Origin: Nitrospinales bacterium
GTDB lineage: Bacteria > Nitrospinota > Nitrospinia > Nitrospinales > JAJDAT01
NCBI GenBank assembly: GCA_046757665.1
Contig: JBHHYO010000005.1
Span: forward strand, 8,983 to 72,982
DNA length: 64,000 bases
Reading direction: 5' to 3'
In this document: positions 21,193-31,692 of the stretch, piece after piece
How positions within the stretch are numbered: position 1 is the first letter of the stretch
Layout of the letters: each line of letters starts with the position of its first letter
The notes under the pieces: generated by a model
Database searches by the model: none
What the model saw: only the letters and a program-made list of their open reading frames with translations
What the model was told of the DNA's origin: nothing
Translations under genes and position numbers: made by a program

Positions 21193-21784
21193 GTCCATTA
21201 CAGAGGACTATGGAATACAGTTCAACAAGTCCCACGAAGAAACACTAAAATCCTCGGAAGCTGAAAAATGGAGAAACTGGGCATTAAAGATTACTGTTTG
21301 GGGTTATAAATCAATCCTGGAAAGAACCCCTGATCAAACTAAGGAAGTTTTGCGGTTAGATTATAGAATCGTCATAGAATCTTTAAACTCTGCCTACTTG
21401 GGACTGCAACAGTTTAAGCAATTTCACAAAATACAAAATCATATTGCCCCAGCTAACAAGGCGGCGGCGTACACTTGTTGGATAAACAGATTTTGCCCGA
21501 TTCAATTCACTGGTAAGTGGCTGGGGAAAGAACCTCTTTTCTACAACTCTATTCTCGCTTTAGAAGTAGGTTATGCGATAGTGATAGCCCATCAGGAAGC
21601 TTATGCAGGCGGTATTCCTATAAGCGAAATAAAGAAATTGCCCGACACGATTTTAGGCCATTATCGTAAAAATTCGCTTATTTACGCTTTGATGTGGCGT
21701 AACCCAAGTTTTAAAGAACTCCAAATAATTTTCGAGCTATTGACCAATAGCGACGCAGATAGAAAAAGGTCTGATAACCGCTGA
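21185..21784 (+). CDS. Hypothetical protein (AT-rich islet)
   Basis: 199-aa ORF in AT-rich DNA, overlapping the upstream ORF; motif FH...NKAAAYTCWINRFCPIQ. Confidence 0.75.
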   Translation: MRKSITEDYGIQFNKSHEETLKSSEAEKWRNWALKITVWGYKSILERTPDQTKEVLRLDYRIVIESLNSAYLGLQQFKQFHKIQNHIAPANKAAAYTCWINRFCPIQFTGKWLGKEPLFYNSILALEVGYAIVIAHQEAYAGGIPISEIKKLPDTILGHYRKNSLIYALMWRNPSFKELQIIFELLTNSDADRKRSDNR

Positions 21785-21882
21785 AAACATAATTGCCTTC
21801 CAAGCACAGATCAAGGCTGTCACACCCCAATTACCGCCGAACGTTGAACACTTTGAAGCCATAGATAATCGCGATCTGTGCC

Positions 21883-22398
21883 TCAATCCTCATCGTCCGC
21901 GTAGCCGTAATCGAACTCTTCGATCTCGTCCAGGAACAGGTGGCAGAGCCGGGTGCGGCATTTGGCTTTTTTCAGGGCTTCGATACCTTCCCGGCGCACG
22001 CGGTTATTGTTCAAGTACAGGTAGGTCAGTTTCGACAGGGTGGCGGATTCGGCGATGGCAATAGCGCCTTCGTCCTCCACCAGGTTGCCGAACAGTCCCA
22101 GCTTTTTCAGTTTGCCGAGGTGAGGCGAGCCGGCGACGGCCTTGACTCCTTCATCGCCGATCACGTTGCCGTACAGTTCCAGGTCGGTGAGGTTCCGGAA
22201 GGTTTCGGAGCCGGCAATCGCCGCCAGCCCCTCGTCGCCGATATTGTTGTTGGGCAGGCTCAAGCGCCGGAGTTTCGACAGGCTTTTGGCCCTTGCCAGG
22301 CCGGCGGCGCCCTTGTCGCCGAAATTGAAATTGCTCAAGTCCAGGCTTCTTTTGTCCGGACTCAGGTATTGCTTGATCAGGTATTCGATGCTTGCCAC
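21883..22398 (-). CDS. Leucine-rich repeat protein
   Basis: Repeated L..L.L..N.IGDEG..AIA.S units of about 28 aa. Confidence 0.9.
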   Translation of the reverse strand: MASIEYLIKQYLSPDKRSLDLSNFNFGDKGAAGLARAKSLSKLRRLSLPNNNIGDEGLAAIAGSETFRNLTDLELYGNVIGDEGVKAVAGSPHLGKLKKLGLFGNLVEDEGAIAIAESATLSKLTYLYLNNNRVRREGIEALKKAKCRTRLCHLFLDEIEEFDYGYADDED

Positions 22399-22415
22399 GG
22401 TAATCGCTCCGCCGG

Positions 22416-25043
22416 TTACAGGTTGAGAAACCGCGTTTTCACCAACGCCGTTTCGTCTTCCCGGTTTTTCACCTGGCCGTTCAGCCGCGCCTCGCGCAGG
22501 GCGGCAAAAACATCCTGAAAAACCGGGCCGGGTTTTAATCCCAATTGCACCAGGTCGTCGCCCGTCAGGTCGGGAACGGTGGCGTCCCGGTACTGCGTAA
22601 AATAAGCCAAGGCGTACTGGTTCATCCGGTCGCTGTCGGCGACGGCCATCAGAAACACCACAGCCTCGGACGAAAGCCCGGAAAATACGCGGTAGATATC
22701 CGCCGGCTGGGGATTTTTATTTTCCCTGAAAACCCGCAAGGCCTCGCGGCATCCTGCCAGATCATTTTGCAGGCGGGCGCGCATTTTCGCGGGTATTTGC
22801 AACCGGTCGGCGGCCTCCCGGAATGCCGTGCCGTCCAGCGAATCGAACAAGGCGAGACCGCAAACGAACCAGGCCTCGGGTTCCGGTTCCAGCGGCACGA
22901 TTTTCCAGCCGGCCAGCGCCTTCTCCGCCTTCGCCAGGGTTTCCCAATCGCGCCGGGACGAAAGCAGTTGCGGATGAATGCACCGCAAAAGGCCGCAATC
23001 CGCCATCCGCCGGAGACAGCGGAGCGGTTTGCGTTCCTTGAGGATCAGGATCAATTCGTTCCACAACCGATGCCCGCTCAACTGGTCGATCAAGCCTTTT
23101 TTGACGGCGCTTTTCAAAAACGCCTCCGTCTGTTTGCCGATGACGAACCGAAAACGCTGTTCAAAACGGATGGCGCGAAACGCCCGGCAGGGGTCTTCGA
23201 CAAAACTCAGATTGTGAAGCGTCCGAATCACTTTGTCCTTCAGGTCCCTTTGCCCGTTGAAAAAATCGATGAGGCAAAAAGCGTCATGGCCGTTCAGTTT
23301 AACGGCCAGGCTGTTGATGGAAAAATCGCGCCGGAACAGGTCGGACTTGATCGAGCTTTTCTCCACGGTGGGCAGGGCGCCGGGGTGTTTGTAATATTCC
23401 ATGCGGGCGGTGGCGACATCGATTTTGAAGCCGTCCGGCAGTACAATCACGGCCGTGCGGAACTTGGCGTGACTGCGCACCCGGCCGCCGAGTTTCGCTC
23501 CCAGCTTGTTGGCGAAGACAATGCCGTCCCCTTCGACGACGATGTCCAGGTCGAAATTTTCAATGCCGATGAGCAGGTCGCGGACAAAGCCGCCCACCAC
23601 GTAGGCGGACATGGCCGCCTTGTCGGCGGTGGCCGCGGTCACCTCCAGCAGGCGGATGATATGTTTTGGCAGTCGCTCCTTGATCAGGCTTTTCAGGTTT
23701 TTCAAGGCCGGCGCGCTTTCCCCGAACAAGGGAGCGTCAAGGTCTCCCTCCTGGCTCTGCATATCGCTGTACAACACGCGCAACAAGTCGCCCCGGCTGA
23801 TGACCCCCACCAGACCGCCGGACTCATCCACCACCGGAATCAACTTTTGCTTGTCCTCGATGACGATGGGCACGGCGGTTTTGAAAAACGACTCCGGAGC
23901 AGTCACCGAAAATTCCCGGATCATGAACTCCTCCGCCGGCTCGCCGCCCATCTTGTGATGAATCGCCTTTTCCACGATCTGCCGGGTGATCAGTCCCGCG
24001 GGTTTCCCCTCCGCGACAACCGGCAGAGTGTTCAGGTTAAACCGGGTCAACACCGTTTCAACGGTTTCGATCGAGTCGGTTTTTTTTACGGCAACCACGG
24101 GGAAGTGCATGATATCCCTGACCCGCCGCAACGGGCGCGCTTTTTCGCCCAACACGGCGATCAGTTTTTCCTTGACTTGGACGGGCGTCATATCGCGGAT
24201 GCTGGCAGACGCCGCCTGCTGGTGCCCGTTGCCGCCGAAGCACCGCGCGATTTCCGCGACGTCCATCTCCCGGCCCCGGGAACGCGCAATGAGGTACACC
24301 CGGCGCTCCATGCCCACCACCGCAAACAACGCGGCAAGGTTTTCCAACTCCCGAATCTTGTGCACCGCGAACGCCAGGTCATCGACATAATGATCGACCT
24401 CCGCCGAGGCCAGCGCCACATCGATCCCGTTAAAATTGTGCACCTTCAGATCGCGGATCAATTCATTCATCACATCGATCTGCTCGCGGCTCAAGCGGGG
24501 CACGACAAAGCGGGACACCCGATCCAAATCCGCGCCCATTTCCAGCAACCTGCCGACGGCAAAACAATCCGCCGCGGTCGTGGAGCCCGCCGACAACGAA
24601 TGGGTGTCCTCGTAGATACCCAGAACCAGCAAAGTGCAATCCTCCGGCGTGAGCGGGATTTTTTTTTCGGCCAGGATTTCATACAAAACCGTTGCCGAGG
24701 CGCCGCGCGGCGCCACCACGGCCCGGTGCGCGGGAATGGTCTCCGTCACACCGGGATGATGGTCATACACATGAACCTGCACGCCGGGTTTCCCCAGCAG
24801 GCTCTTGAATACGCCGATCCGGTCGGCATTCTGCGTATCGACAACCACCAGGAGCCGCACTTGCTCCAGGTCGATTTCCTTGATCCGGCAAACAGGATAT
24901 TCCGCGTGGCGCAAAAATGCGCTCACCCGTTTTTCCATGGAGCCGGAGAACACCATCTTTGCGCCGGGGTATAGTTTCCTTGCGGCGACCATGGAGGCCA
25001 GGCAGTCGAAGTCGGCATTCAAATGGGTGGTGATGATTTGCAT
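22416..25043 (-). CDS. DHH + CBS + tRNA nucleotidyltransferase (A-adding enzyme architecture)
   Basis: H.NADFD, VVD and DHH motifs, CBS pair, VVGGFVRDLL, DLDIVVEG, DLFRRDFSIN, EDP.R..RAIRF. Confidence 0.9.
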   Translation of the reverse strand: MQIITTHLNADFDCLASMVAARKLYPGAKMVFSGSMEKRVSAFLRHAEYPVCRIKEIDLEQVRLLVVVDTQNADRIGVFKSLLGKPGVQVHVYDHHPGVTETIPAHRAVVAPRGASATVLYEILAEKKIPLTPEDCTLLVLGIYEDTHSLSAGSTTAADCFAVGRLLEMGADLDRVSRFVVPRLSREQIDVMNELIRDLKVHNFNGIDVALASAEVDHYVDDLAFAVHKIRELENLAALFAVVGMERRVYLIARSRGREMDVAEIARCFGGNGHQQAASASIRDMTPVQVKEKLIAVLGEKARPLRRVRDIMHFPVVAVKKTDSIETVETVLTRFNLNTLPVVAEGKPAGLITRQIVEKAIHHKMGGEPAEEFMIREFSVTAPESFFKTAVPIVIEDKQKLIPVVDESGGLVGVISRGDLLRVLYSDMQSQEGDLDAPLFGESAPALKNLKSLIKERLPKHIIRLLEVTAATADKAAMSAYVVGGFVRDLLIGIENFDLDIVVEGDGIVFANKLGAKLGGRVRSHAKFRTAVIVLPDGFKIDVATARMEYYKHPGALPTVEKSSIKSDLFRRDFSINSLAVKLNGHDAFCLIDFFNGQRDLKDKVIRTLHNLSFVEDPCRAFRAIRFEQRFRFVIGKQTEAFLKSAVKKGLIDQLSGHRLWNELILILKERKPLRCLRRMADCGLLRCIHPQLLSSRRDWETLAKAEKALAGWKIVPLEPEPEAWFVCGLALFDSLDGTAFREAADRLQIPAKMRARLQNDLAGCREALRVFRENKNPQPADIYRVFSGLSSEAVVFLMAVADSDRMNQYALAYFTQYRDATVPDLTGDDLVQLGLKPGPVFQDVFAALREARLNGQVKNREDETALVKTRFLNL

Positions 25044-25059
25044 GACATGAATTGTCGGC

Positions 25060-25626
25060 CTACTGAACCCGTGCGGCAACGACTCGAACCGCGGTTTGAA
25101 AAAGCGCTTCCCGGGGCAGGTAACAGACCTTGTTGTCGCACAGCCGGTAGATCAGGGTTCCAGCGATGGGGAAAACTCCCGGAGCCAGGTCCCGGGGCGC
25201 CTGCATCCGCAAGCTGAATTCCGCCGTTTTCTCGTGAGTCTTGACGAGGCTTTGCAAAACCCCGTCCATGGCCATTGTTGGAGGAGATTCCTCCCACTCG
25301 CCCTGCCGGGCAAAGCGGGTTGTCTCCAGCTCGATCCGCGTCGGCAGAGTGTCCCGCCGACCCTCCAGCGAATAAATATGCCATTCGGCCGGCAGTTGAA
25401 CCCGCACGTAAAGGGTAAAACGACCGCCCGGCTCGACCGGGTCCGGCAGGACGGCGGCGGTAACCGCTACAATGATTTCCCGGCCGCCGTGCTTGAACTC
25501 CTCAAACGATTGGAAATTCGTAAGCGGCTGGGCGAAAACCGTCGTGGCGAACATCAGCCCTATGACAAGGGCCGGCGGAACCAACCTCTTGACGACGAAA
25601 AATTTGTCTGCGGTTGCCATGGCCAT
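25060..25626 (-). CDS. Stand-alone DsbD N-terminal (Ig-like) domain protein
   Basis: Signal peptide, WHIYS motif, C-terminal LCDNKVCYLP; start uncertain. Confidence 0.75.
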   Translation of the reverse strand: MAMATADKFFVVKRLVPPALVIGLMFATTVFAQPLTNFQSFEEFKHGGREIIVAVTAAVLPDPVEPGGRFTLYVRVQLPAEWHIYSLEGRRDTLPTRIELETTRFARQGEWEESPPTMAMDGVLQSLVKTHEKTAEFSLRMQAPRDLAPGVFPIAGTLIYRLCDNKVCYLPREALFQTAVRVVAARVQ

Positions 25627-25652
25627 CGGCGGCGGGTTCGGGTGGCGGGAGG

Positions 25653-26711
25653 TCAGCCCTTGGGCGCGGCCCGGGATAGAGAAAGATACTTTTCGATCAT
25701 CCGGACGAACTTGTCCTCGGATACCGCGCCGGAAAACATCTCGCCGCTTACGGTCGCGGATTTGGAATCGTAAATCCCCACAACAAACGTCGGAGTAGCT
25801 TGAACTCCGATCTGGTTGCCTTCCTCCCAATCCGCAAACACCCGGTCCTTGTATTTTCCCTCGCTCCAGCAAGTTTCAAAATCGTCCAGATTGCTGATGC
25901 CCACTTTGCGGGCAAGTTTCAGGATATAGGCTTTGTTCAGATTCCTGGGAGCGTTTTTGTAAATCACGGACTGAAGTTGCCAGAAACGGTTCTGCTCCCG
26001 GGCGCATTCGACGGCTTCCGCCAACTTGTGCGCTTCCTTGTGAATGGGCAGGGGAAAATGCCGGTAACCGAATTGCACATTGTCGGCAAAACGGACGCGC
26101 AGTTTGCTCAGCGTGCCCTGCACCAGCTTGCAAAAGGGGCACTGAAAATCGGAATACTCCAGGACAAACACTTTCCTCGCCGGCGGCTTGGTTTCATCAA
26201 ACCACAACATGGCGGAACCCAGGCTGGTTACCACGGTGAAATCGTTCGGCGCCTTCAGATAATCCTCAATCCAGCCTTTGCTCACGGCTCGTTTATAAAT
26301 TTTCTCGATATAGGTCTGCTCATACATTCTGACCAGGTAGTCGTGGATTTCATCCTTCATTTTCTTGAAACTGCCCATCTCGCTGATGCCGGGAGTGCTT
26401 TTGTAAAAATGAAACACGTCGCCGGGGGTCACCTTGGAAACCAGCTCCTTTTTCAGTTCCGGATGCTCCACCAGAAGCAACTTGACGGCTTTCTGCTTCA
26501 GATTATGCTTTTGCATCTGATGAAGCTGAAGCATGGCGTCGTGCATCTTGGCGTTCTTCAAATCGTCCAGCATGACGGGCTTCCCATCCACCGTGGCGAC
26601 GACGGGATTGTTATTATATTTGGCTGAGGCCACGGGGTCCGCGGCGGCGGGAACCGAAGGAAGAAAAAAACAAGCGGCGAAAAACATCGCGGATAACAAC
26701 AGGTTCATCAT
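25653..26711 (-). CDS. DsbA-family thioredoxin-domain protein
   Basis: EYSDFQCPFC, YRHFPL, GVQATPTF; signal peptide. Confidence 0.88.
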   Translation of the reverse strand: MMNLLLSAMFFAACFFLPSVPAAADPVASAKYNNNPVVATVDGKPVMLDDLKNAKMHDAMLQLHQMQKHNLKQKAVKLLLVEHPELKKELVSKVTPGDVFHFYKSTPGISEMGSFKKMKDEIHDYLVRMYEQTYIEKIYKRAVSKGWIEDYLKAPNDFTVVTSLGSAMLWFDETKPPARKVFVLEYSDFQCPFCKLVQGTLSKLRVRFADNVQFGYRHFPLPIHKEAHKLAEAVECAREQNRFWQLQSVIYKNAPRNLNKAYILKLARKVGISNLDDFETCWSEGKYKDRVFADWEEGNQIGVQATPTFVVGIYDSKSATVSGEMFSGAVSEDKFVRMIEKYLSLSRAAPKG

Positions 26712-26779
26712 TTGCCTAACCCTAAGGATTCATGATTAGTAGATTAGCGGGTGACGGGAAGATACGATTGGGAGCCCTC

Positions 26780-27685
26780 TCAACCAGCCTTGAGCGATTC
26801 TTCCGGATTTAAAAACTTGTGGCAATTGTCGGCCAGTTCCAGAAAGGCTTTGGCCGCCGGCGAATCCGGCCGGGACAGCACGACGGGGTCTCCCTGATCC
26901 GACTGGACGGTAATGTCCCGATCCAGGGGAATGGATCCCAAATAAGGCAACACCATCTCCTCGGCCAGGCGCTTGCCGCCGCCGGTTTTGAAAACATCGA
27001 TTTCCCCGGAACAGTGAGGGCAAGTCATGACGCTCATGTTTTCGATGATGCCGACGATGGGAACATTGCTGTCCATGGAAAAGGAAATCATCTTTCTGGC
27101 ATCGAGGAGCGCCAGGTCCTGCGGGGTGGTCACAATGACCGCGCCGCCCACGTCGCCGATAAAATCGATGATGGTGATCTGCTCGTTGCCCGTGCCGGGA
27201 GGCAGGTCGACCAGCAGGTAATCCAGCTCTCCCCAGTCGATGTTTCCCAGCAACTCGATGATAAAATCGTATTTGACCGCGTCGCGCCAGGCGATGTGCA
27301 TGTTGGGGTCCTCGATCAGGAAACCCAGGGAAGCCACGCGCACTCCATTTGCGGTTTTAAAGGGCACGATCCCGGATTCCTCGGCGCGCAGGCGGACGTT
27401 TTCGGCTTTCAGCAGTTTGGGAATGTTGGGGCCGTGCAAATCCGCATCCGCCAGGCCGACCTGAAAACCCTTCTCCGCCAAAGCGCAGGCCAAATTGGTA
27501 GTGACGGTGCTTTTGCCAACACCGCCCTTGTTACTGCCGACCAGAATCTTGTGCTTGATTCCGTCCATTCGCTTATTGACCAACCAGCGATTGTGCTCGT
27601 TGTGATCGGCTTTGCAGTCCGTTTCATTGTTGTATTCACACATCTCGCAGGTATGGAGAAACCTGCATTCTCCCGTAATCGCCAC
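26780..27685 (-). CDS. mrp: Mrp/NBP35/ApbC Fe-S cluster carrier ATPase
   Basis: KGGVGKST, DADLHGPN, DLPPGTG, VTTPQ, ENMS...CPHC; GTG start at 27685 after AGGGAGG. Confidence 0.92.
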   Translation of the reverse strand: MAITGECRFLHTCEMCEYNNETDCKADHNEHNRWLVNKRMDGIKHKILVGSNKGGVGKSTVTTNLACALAEKGFQVGLADADLHGPNIPKLLKAENVRLRAEESGIVPFKTANGVRVASLGFLIEDPNMHIAWRDAVKYDFIIELLGNIDWGELDYLLVDLPPGTGNEQITIIDFIGDVGGAVIVTTPQDLALLDARKMISFSMDSNVPIVGIIENMSVMTCPHCSGEIDVFKTGGGKRLAEEMVLPYLGSIPLDRDITVQSDQGDPVVLSRPDSPAAKAFLELADNCHKFLNPEESLKAG

Positions 27686-27921
27686 GGAAACCTCCCTGAG
27701 GATATTTTTCCCAACCGGTTTGAAATATTCTCTGACAGCCCCTTCCGGAGCCGCAATCAAACTTTAAAAGGGTACTTAACGAGATTAAGTAACAATGTTT
27801 TCCATGTCAAGAAAAATAGGCCCCTGAGGCCGCAAATTAACCCTCCGGCCCGCAAGCCGTCCGTTGACTTTTCCTTTTTCTTGCCGCTCCCGCCGCAACC
27901 GATTAAACTGAAAACAACGAG

Positions 27922-28809
27922 ATGAAAATTACCGAAGTCCGGTGCCGTTCCATCCTCACCCGCGCCGGCGGATATTTGAAACCCGTCGTTTCCCATTCGC
28001 TGAATCCCTATGTCGGATGCGGGTTCGGACGGTCGGCCTGCGGCGTCGCCTGCTATGTCCGGCACAATCCCTGGCTAAGCCGCGGCCGCGTCTGGGGAGA
28101 ATTCGTCGATGTCAAAACCAACGCGGCGGAAGTGTACTTGCGAACCTGCGGGGTGGAGAAATCCTGGGCGCATAAACGGTCCCGGCCTTTCGCGATTTTC
28201 TTCTCCAGCTCCACCGACCCCTGGCAACCGCTGGAGCAAACGTACCGGATCACCCGCGGCCTGTTGCAGGCGATGCGGGAGCGCCCGCCGGACCGGTTGA
28301 TCCTGCAAACCCACGGCACGGCGGTGCGCGAGGATTTTTCGCTCATTGCCGAACTTGCACGGCAGTGCGACCTGGCGGTGCACGTATCCGTCGAGGGTGA
28401 CCGGGAGCGGCTTCCCGGTCTGCCGCCGCCGCCCTGCTCGCTGGCGAGCCGCCTGCATCTGCTGAGCGAGCTGGCCGCCGCGGGCATCAACGCCGTGGCC
28501 TGCCTGTCGCCGCTGTATCCCATGAAAAACCCGGAAGCGTTTTTTGCGTCCCTGGCGAAAACAGGCATCCGCGGCGTGGTCATCGACCACTTTATCCGGG
28601 GCGACGGCACGCCGGACGGCGCGCGCACCCGCCAAACCGCACTGCCGGCGGCCATGGCGGCCGTCGATGCCGAATCGACGCAACTGGACTACCGGGACAA
28701 AATCGCGCGCATTGCCGTCCGCTATCTGCCGGTGGGAATTTCATCGTCGGGCTTCGCGGGAAACTTCGCCGCGCCGGGTTCCCGGCCCTCGCCTACCTTC
28801 TTACCGTAA
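27922..28809 (+). CDS. Radical SAM protein, spore photoproduct lyase-like family
   Basis: SLNPYVGC...C...[23 protein letters not shown]. Confidence 0.8.
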   Translation: MKITEVRCRSILTRAGGYLKPVVSHSLNPYVGCGFGRSACGVACYVRHNPWLSRGRVWGEFVDVKTNAAEVYLRTCGVEKSWAHKRSRPFAIFFSSSTDPWQPLEQTYRITRGLLQAMRERPPDRLILQTHGTAVREDFSLIAELARQCDLAVHVSVEGDRERLPGLPPPPCSLASRLHLLSELAAAGINAVACLSPLYPMKNPEAFFASLAKTGIRGVVIDHFIRGDGTPDGARTRQTALPAAMAAVDAESTQLDYRDKIARIAVRYLPVGISSSGFAGNFAAPGSRPSPTFLP

Positions 28810-29629
28810 CGCCCCTGGAGTGCAGGTAGTCCTTGGTTTCGGGAATGGTGTATTCCTTGAAATGAAAAATGGAAGCGGCCAGCACGGCATCGGCCTTGCC
28901 CCGGTCGAGCGCTTCGTAGAGGTGCTCCAGCGTTCCGGCGCCGCCGGAGGCGATCACGGGGATGGACACGGCCTCCGCCACGACGCGGTTGAGCGGGATG
29001 TCGTACCCCTGTTTGGTGCCGTCACGGTCCATGCTGGTCAGCAGAATTTCCCCGGCGCCGTAACACTCCATCAGTTTCGCCCACTTGACGGCGTCGATAC
29101 CCATGGGGTTGCGTCCGCCGTGGGTGTACACCTCCCAGGCGGGTTGGGGAACGGGTTCGGCGAAAAACAGTTCCGGATGCCGTTCCCGCCAGTCCAGCGA
29201 AGCCGGGGTTGGCGCGGCGCCGGGAGAAACTTGCTTGGCGTCGATGGCCACGACGATGCACTGACTGCCGAAACGCTCGGCGGCGCGGCGGACGAATTCC
29301 GGGTCGTGCACGGCGGCGGTGTTGATGCCTACCTTGTCGGCTCCGGCTTTCAACAGGGCGCGAATATCGTCCGGCGTACGGACGCCGCCGCCGACGGTCA
29401 GCGGCATGAACACTTTCTCCGCCGTACGCGCCACCACGTCGAGGATGATGCCGCGTTTTTCGTGCGAGGCGGTGATGTCCAGAAACGTCAACTCATCGGC
29501 GCCTTCCCGTTCGTAGGCGGCGGCGATCTCCACCGGGTCTCCGGCGTCGCGCAACTTCACGAAGTTGACGCCCTTCACCACCCGCCCGTCCTTGACGTCG
29601 AGGCAGGGAATGATTCTTTTAGCCAGCAT
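28793..29629 (-). CDS. hisF: Imidazole glycerol phosphate synthase cyclase subunit
   Basis: [43 protein letters not shown]. Confidence 0.96.
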   Translation of the reverse strand: MLAKRIIPCLDVKDGRVVKGVNFVKLRDAGDPVEIAAAYEREGADELTFLDITASHEKRGIILDVVARTAEKVFMPLTVGGGVRTPDDIRALLKAGADKVGINTAAVHDPEFVRRAAERFGSQCIVVAIDAKQVSPGAAPTPASLDWRERHPELFFAEPVPQPAWEVYTHGGRNPMGIDAVKWAKLMECYGAGEILLTSMDRDGTKQGYDIPLNRVVAEAVSIPVIASGGAGTLEHLYEALDRGKADAVLAASIFHFKEYTIPETKDYLHSRGVTVRR

Positions 29630-30353
29630 GATCGCGGATGAGTTTCAGGGCTTCCTTGAAATCGAGAGTTTTGTCGTAAAGCGCCTTGCCAACGATGATG
29701 CCGGCCACCCCAGCGGGTTTCAGGGTGAGCAGGGCGGCGATATCCTGCAAACAGCCCACGCCGCCGGAGGCGATGACCGGCAGGCGGGTACTTTCGGCAA
29801 AATCGCGGATGGCGTCGATGTTCGGTCCCCGCAACATGCCGTCGCGGCGGATATCGGTGAAAACGAATCCGGCGACGCCCGCGGATTCCAGGGTGCGGGC
29901 GAGATCGACGGCCTTGCGTTCGGAAACCTCCACCCAGCCCTTGACGGCAACGCAACCGTCACGCGCATCAATGCCGACGACGATTTTCCCCGGGAAGCGT
30001 TTGCAGGCATCCGCCACGAATTGCGGGTTCCGCAAGGCCACGGTTCCCAGGACGACCCGTGACACGCCGTAATCGACGTAGGTGGCGATGGCTTCGAGAG
30101 TGCGGATGCCGCCGCCGACCTGGATACCCGCCGAGCTGGAATTGACGATGGCCTTGATCAACCCGGCGTTCACCGGCTGGCCCGAAAACGCGCCGTCCAG
30201 GTCCACCACGTGGATCAAGCCGGCTCCCACTTCGTCCCAGTGGCAGGCCATGGAAACCGGGTCGTCCGAGTAAACCGTTTCCTGGTCGGCCTGGCCCTGG
30301 GCCAGCCGGACGCACCGGCCTCCCTTGATGTCAACGGCGGGAATCAATCGCAT
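29619..30353 (-). CDS. hisA: ProFAR isomerase
   Basis: [39 protein letters not shown]. Confidence 0.96.
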   Translation of the reverse strand: MRLIPAVDIKGGRCVRLAQGQADQETVYSDDPVSMACHWDEVGAGLIHVVDLDGAFSGQPVNAGLIKAIVNSSSAGIQVGGGIRTLEAIATYVDYGVSRVVLGTVALRNPQFVADACKRFPGKIVVGIDARDGCVAVKGWVEVSERKAVDLARTLESAGVAGFVFTDIRRDGMLRGPNIDAIRDFAESTRLPVIASGGVGCLQDIAALLTLKPAGVAGIIVGKALYDKTLDFKEALKLIRDHAG

Positions 30354-30504
30354 GGGATTTCTTTGTTCGGCAAGAATGAGTTTCCGGTTTGCAAAAGTAG
30401 ATTATAGGCGGTTGCGGCAGTCCAGTCAATTTTCCATTGCCCGGGGGAGCCGGAAAACAAGGAGCGCTTGATAAATGGGACGGCGAAAGGGTAGGATTGA
30501 CGCC

Positions 30505-31692
30505 ATGGAACGCACCGTCCGCATATTGGACCGAATCATTGAGGCGAGTTTGCTGGCATTCGCGGCGTTTTCTCTGTTTTCCATCAGCGTCACCCAGATC
30601 AGCTTCACCCTCGGCGCCCTCGCCTGGCTGGCCAAGGTGCAGATCACCCATTCCTGGAGCCAGGTGAAACGCCCCCTGGGATGGGCCTTCCTGTTTTTTG
30701 TTCTCGCCTCGGCGCTGGCCGTCATTACCGCCGTCGAACCGGGGCACAGTTTCAAATCCCTCAAAAAACTGTTGCAGATCATTATTTTCTTCTGGGTGGT
30801 CAACAGTATCAAGGACGACAGGCAAACGGAGCGGCTGGTCGCGGTGCTGATCGCCGCCGCCTGCGTGGCGTCGTTGTACGGGTTTTACCAGGCGCTGACT
30901 CAGGGCGTGAGCACCTTCTCCCGGGTGGCGGGCACCATGAGCATTTACATGACCTTCGCCGGACTCGTCATGCTGGTGGCGCTGATGGCGTTGAGCCGCT
31001 TTCTGTTCCAGCGACCGCGCGAAAAATGGCTTGGGGCCGCCGTGGTTCTCCTCATCACCTGCCTGCTCCTGACCCTGACCCGGCAGGCCTGGCTGGGTTG
31101 CCTGGCGGGATCGGCTTTGCTCCTGTGGATTTACCAACGCAAACTGCTGATCGCCCTGCCGGGGGTTTTGATCGCGATCCTGCTCCTGGCTCCCGTCCCG
31201 GTGAAAGACCGGGTGCTGAGCGCCGTCGATTTCAAGGAAGACCAGACTTTTTTGATCCGCGTGAAACTGTGGAGCGCCGGCTGGCTGATCTTCAAGGATC
31301 ATCCTCTGACGGGGTGCGGCTTCAAATGCGTGGACTCGGTCTATCAGGATTATCCGGAGTACGCCAACATCCTTTACAAATATTTGGGGATGCACAATAA
31401 TCTTGTGCAGATCGCCGTGGACACGGGGATGGTGGGTTTATGCGCCTGGCTGGCAATCTGGGTCGGCTATTTTTTTTCCCTGTACCGGCAAAGCGTTTCC
31501 GGCGCGGGAAATTCCAGGCGATGGGTTATACTGGGAAGCGCCGCTACCGTCACCGGGTTTCTGGCGGGAGGAATTTTCGAGGTGAACTTTTACGATTCCG
31601 AGGTCGCCATGCTACTGTATTTTCTCATGGCACTGCCGTTCGCCGCGCCCGCGGAACGGTTGAATAATCCACAAAGCGAAGGCACGACATGA
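30505..31692 (+). CDS. O-antigen ligase (Wzy_C) family membrane protein
   Basis: Many TM helices, LT.TRQAWLG, R..LW...HPLTGCG, HNN..Q. Confidence 0.85.
   Translation: MERTVRILDRIIEASLLAFAAFSLFSISVTQISFTLGALAWLAKVQITHSWSQVKRPLGWAFLFFVLASALAVITAVEPGHSFKSLKKLLQIIIFFWVVNSIKDDRQTERLVAVLIAAACVASLYGFYQALTQGVSTFSRVAGTMSIYMTFAGLVMLVALMALSRFLFQRPREKWLGAAVVLLITCLLLTLTRQAWLGCLAGSALLLWIYQRKLLIALPGVLIAILLLAPVPVKDRVLSAVDFKEDQTFLIRVKLWSAGWLIFKDHPLTGCGFKCVDSVYQDYPEYANILYKYLGMHNNLVQIAVDTGMVGLCAWLAIWVGYFFSLYRQSVSGAGNSRRWVILGSAATVTGFLAGGIFEVNFYDSEVAMLLYFLMALPFAAPAERLNNPQSEGTT

Noticed and set aside
22545-24974. 809-aa plus-strand ORF, and similar long ORFs at 46837-49116, 61664-63484, 9724-11010 and 34329-35618
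   Set aside because: Antisense shadows of well-supported genes in GC-rich DNA, with no motifs of their own.
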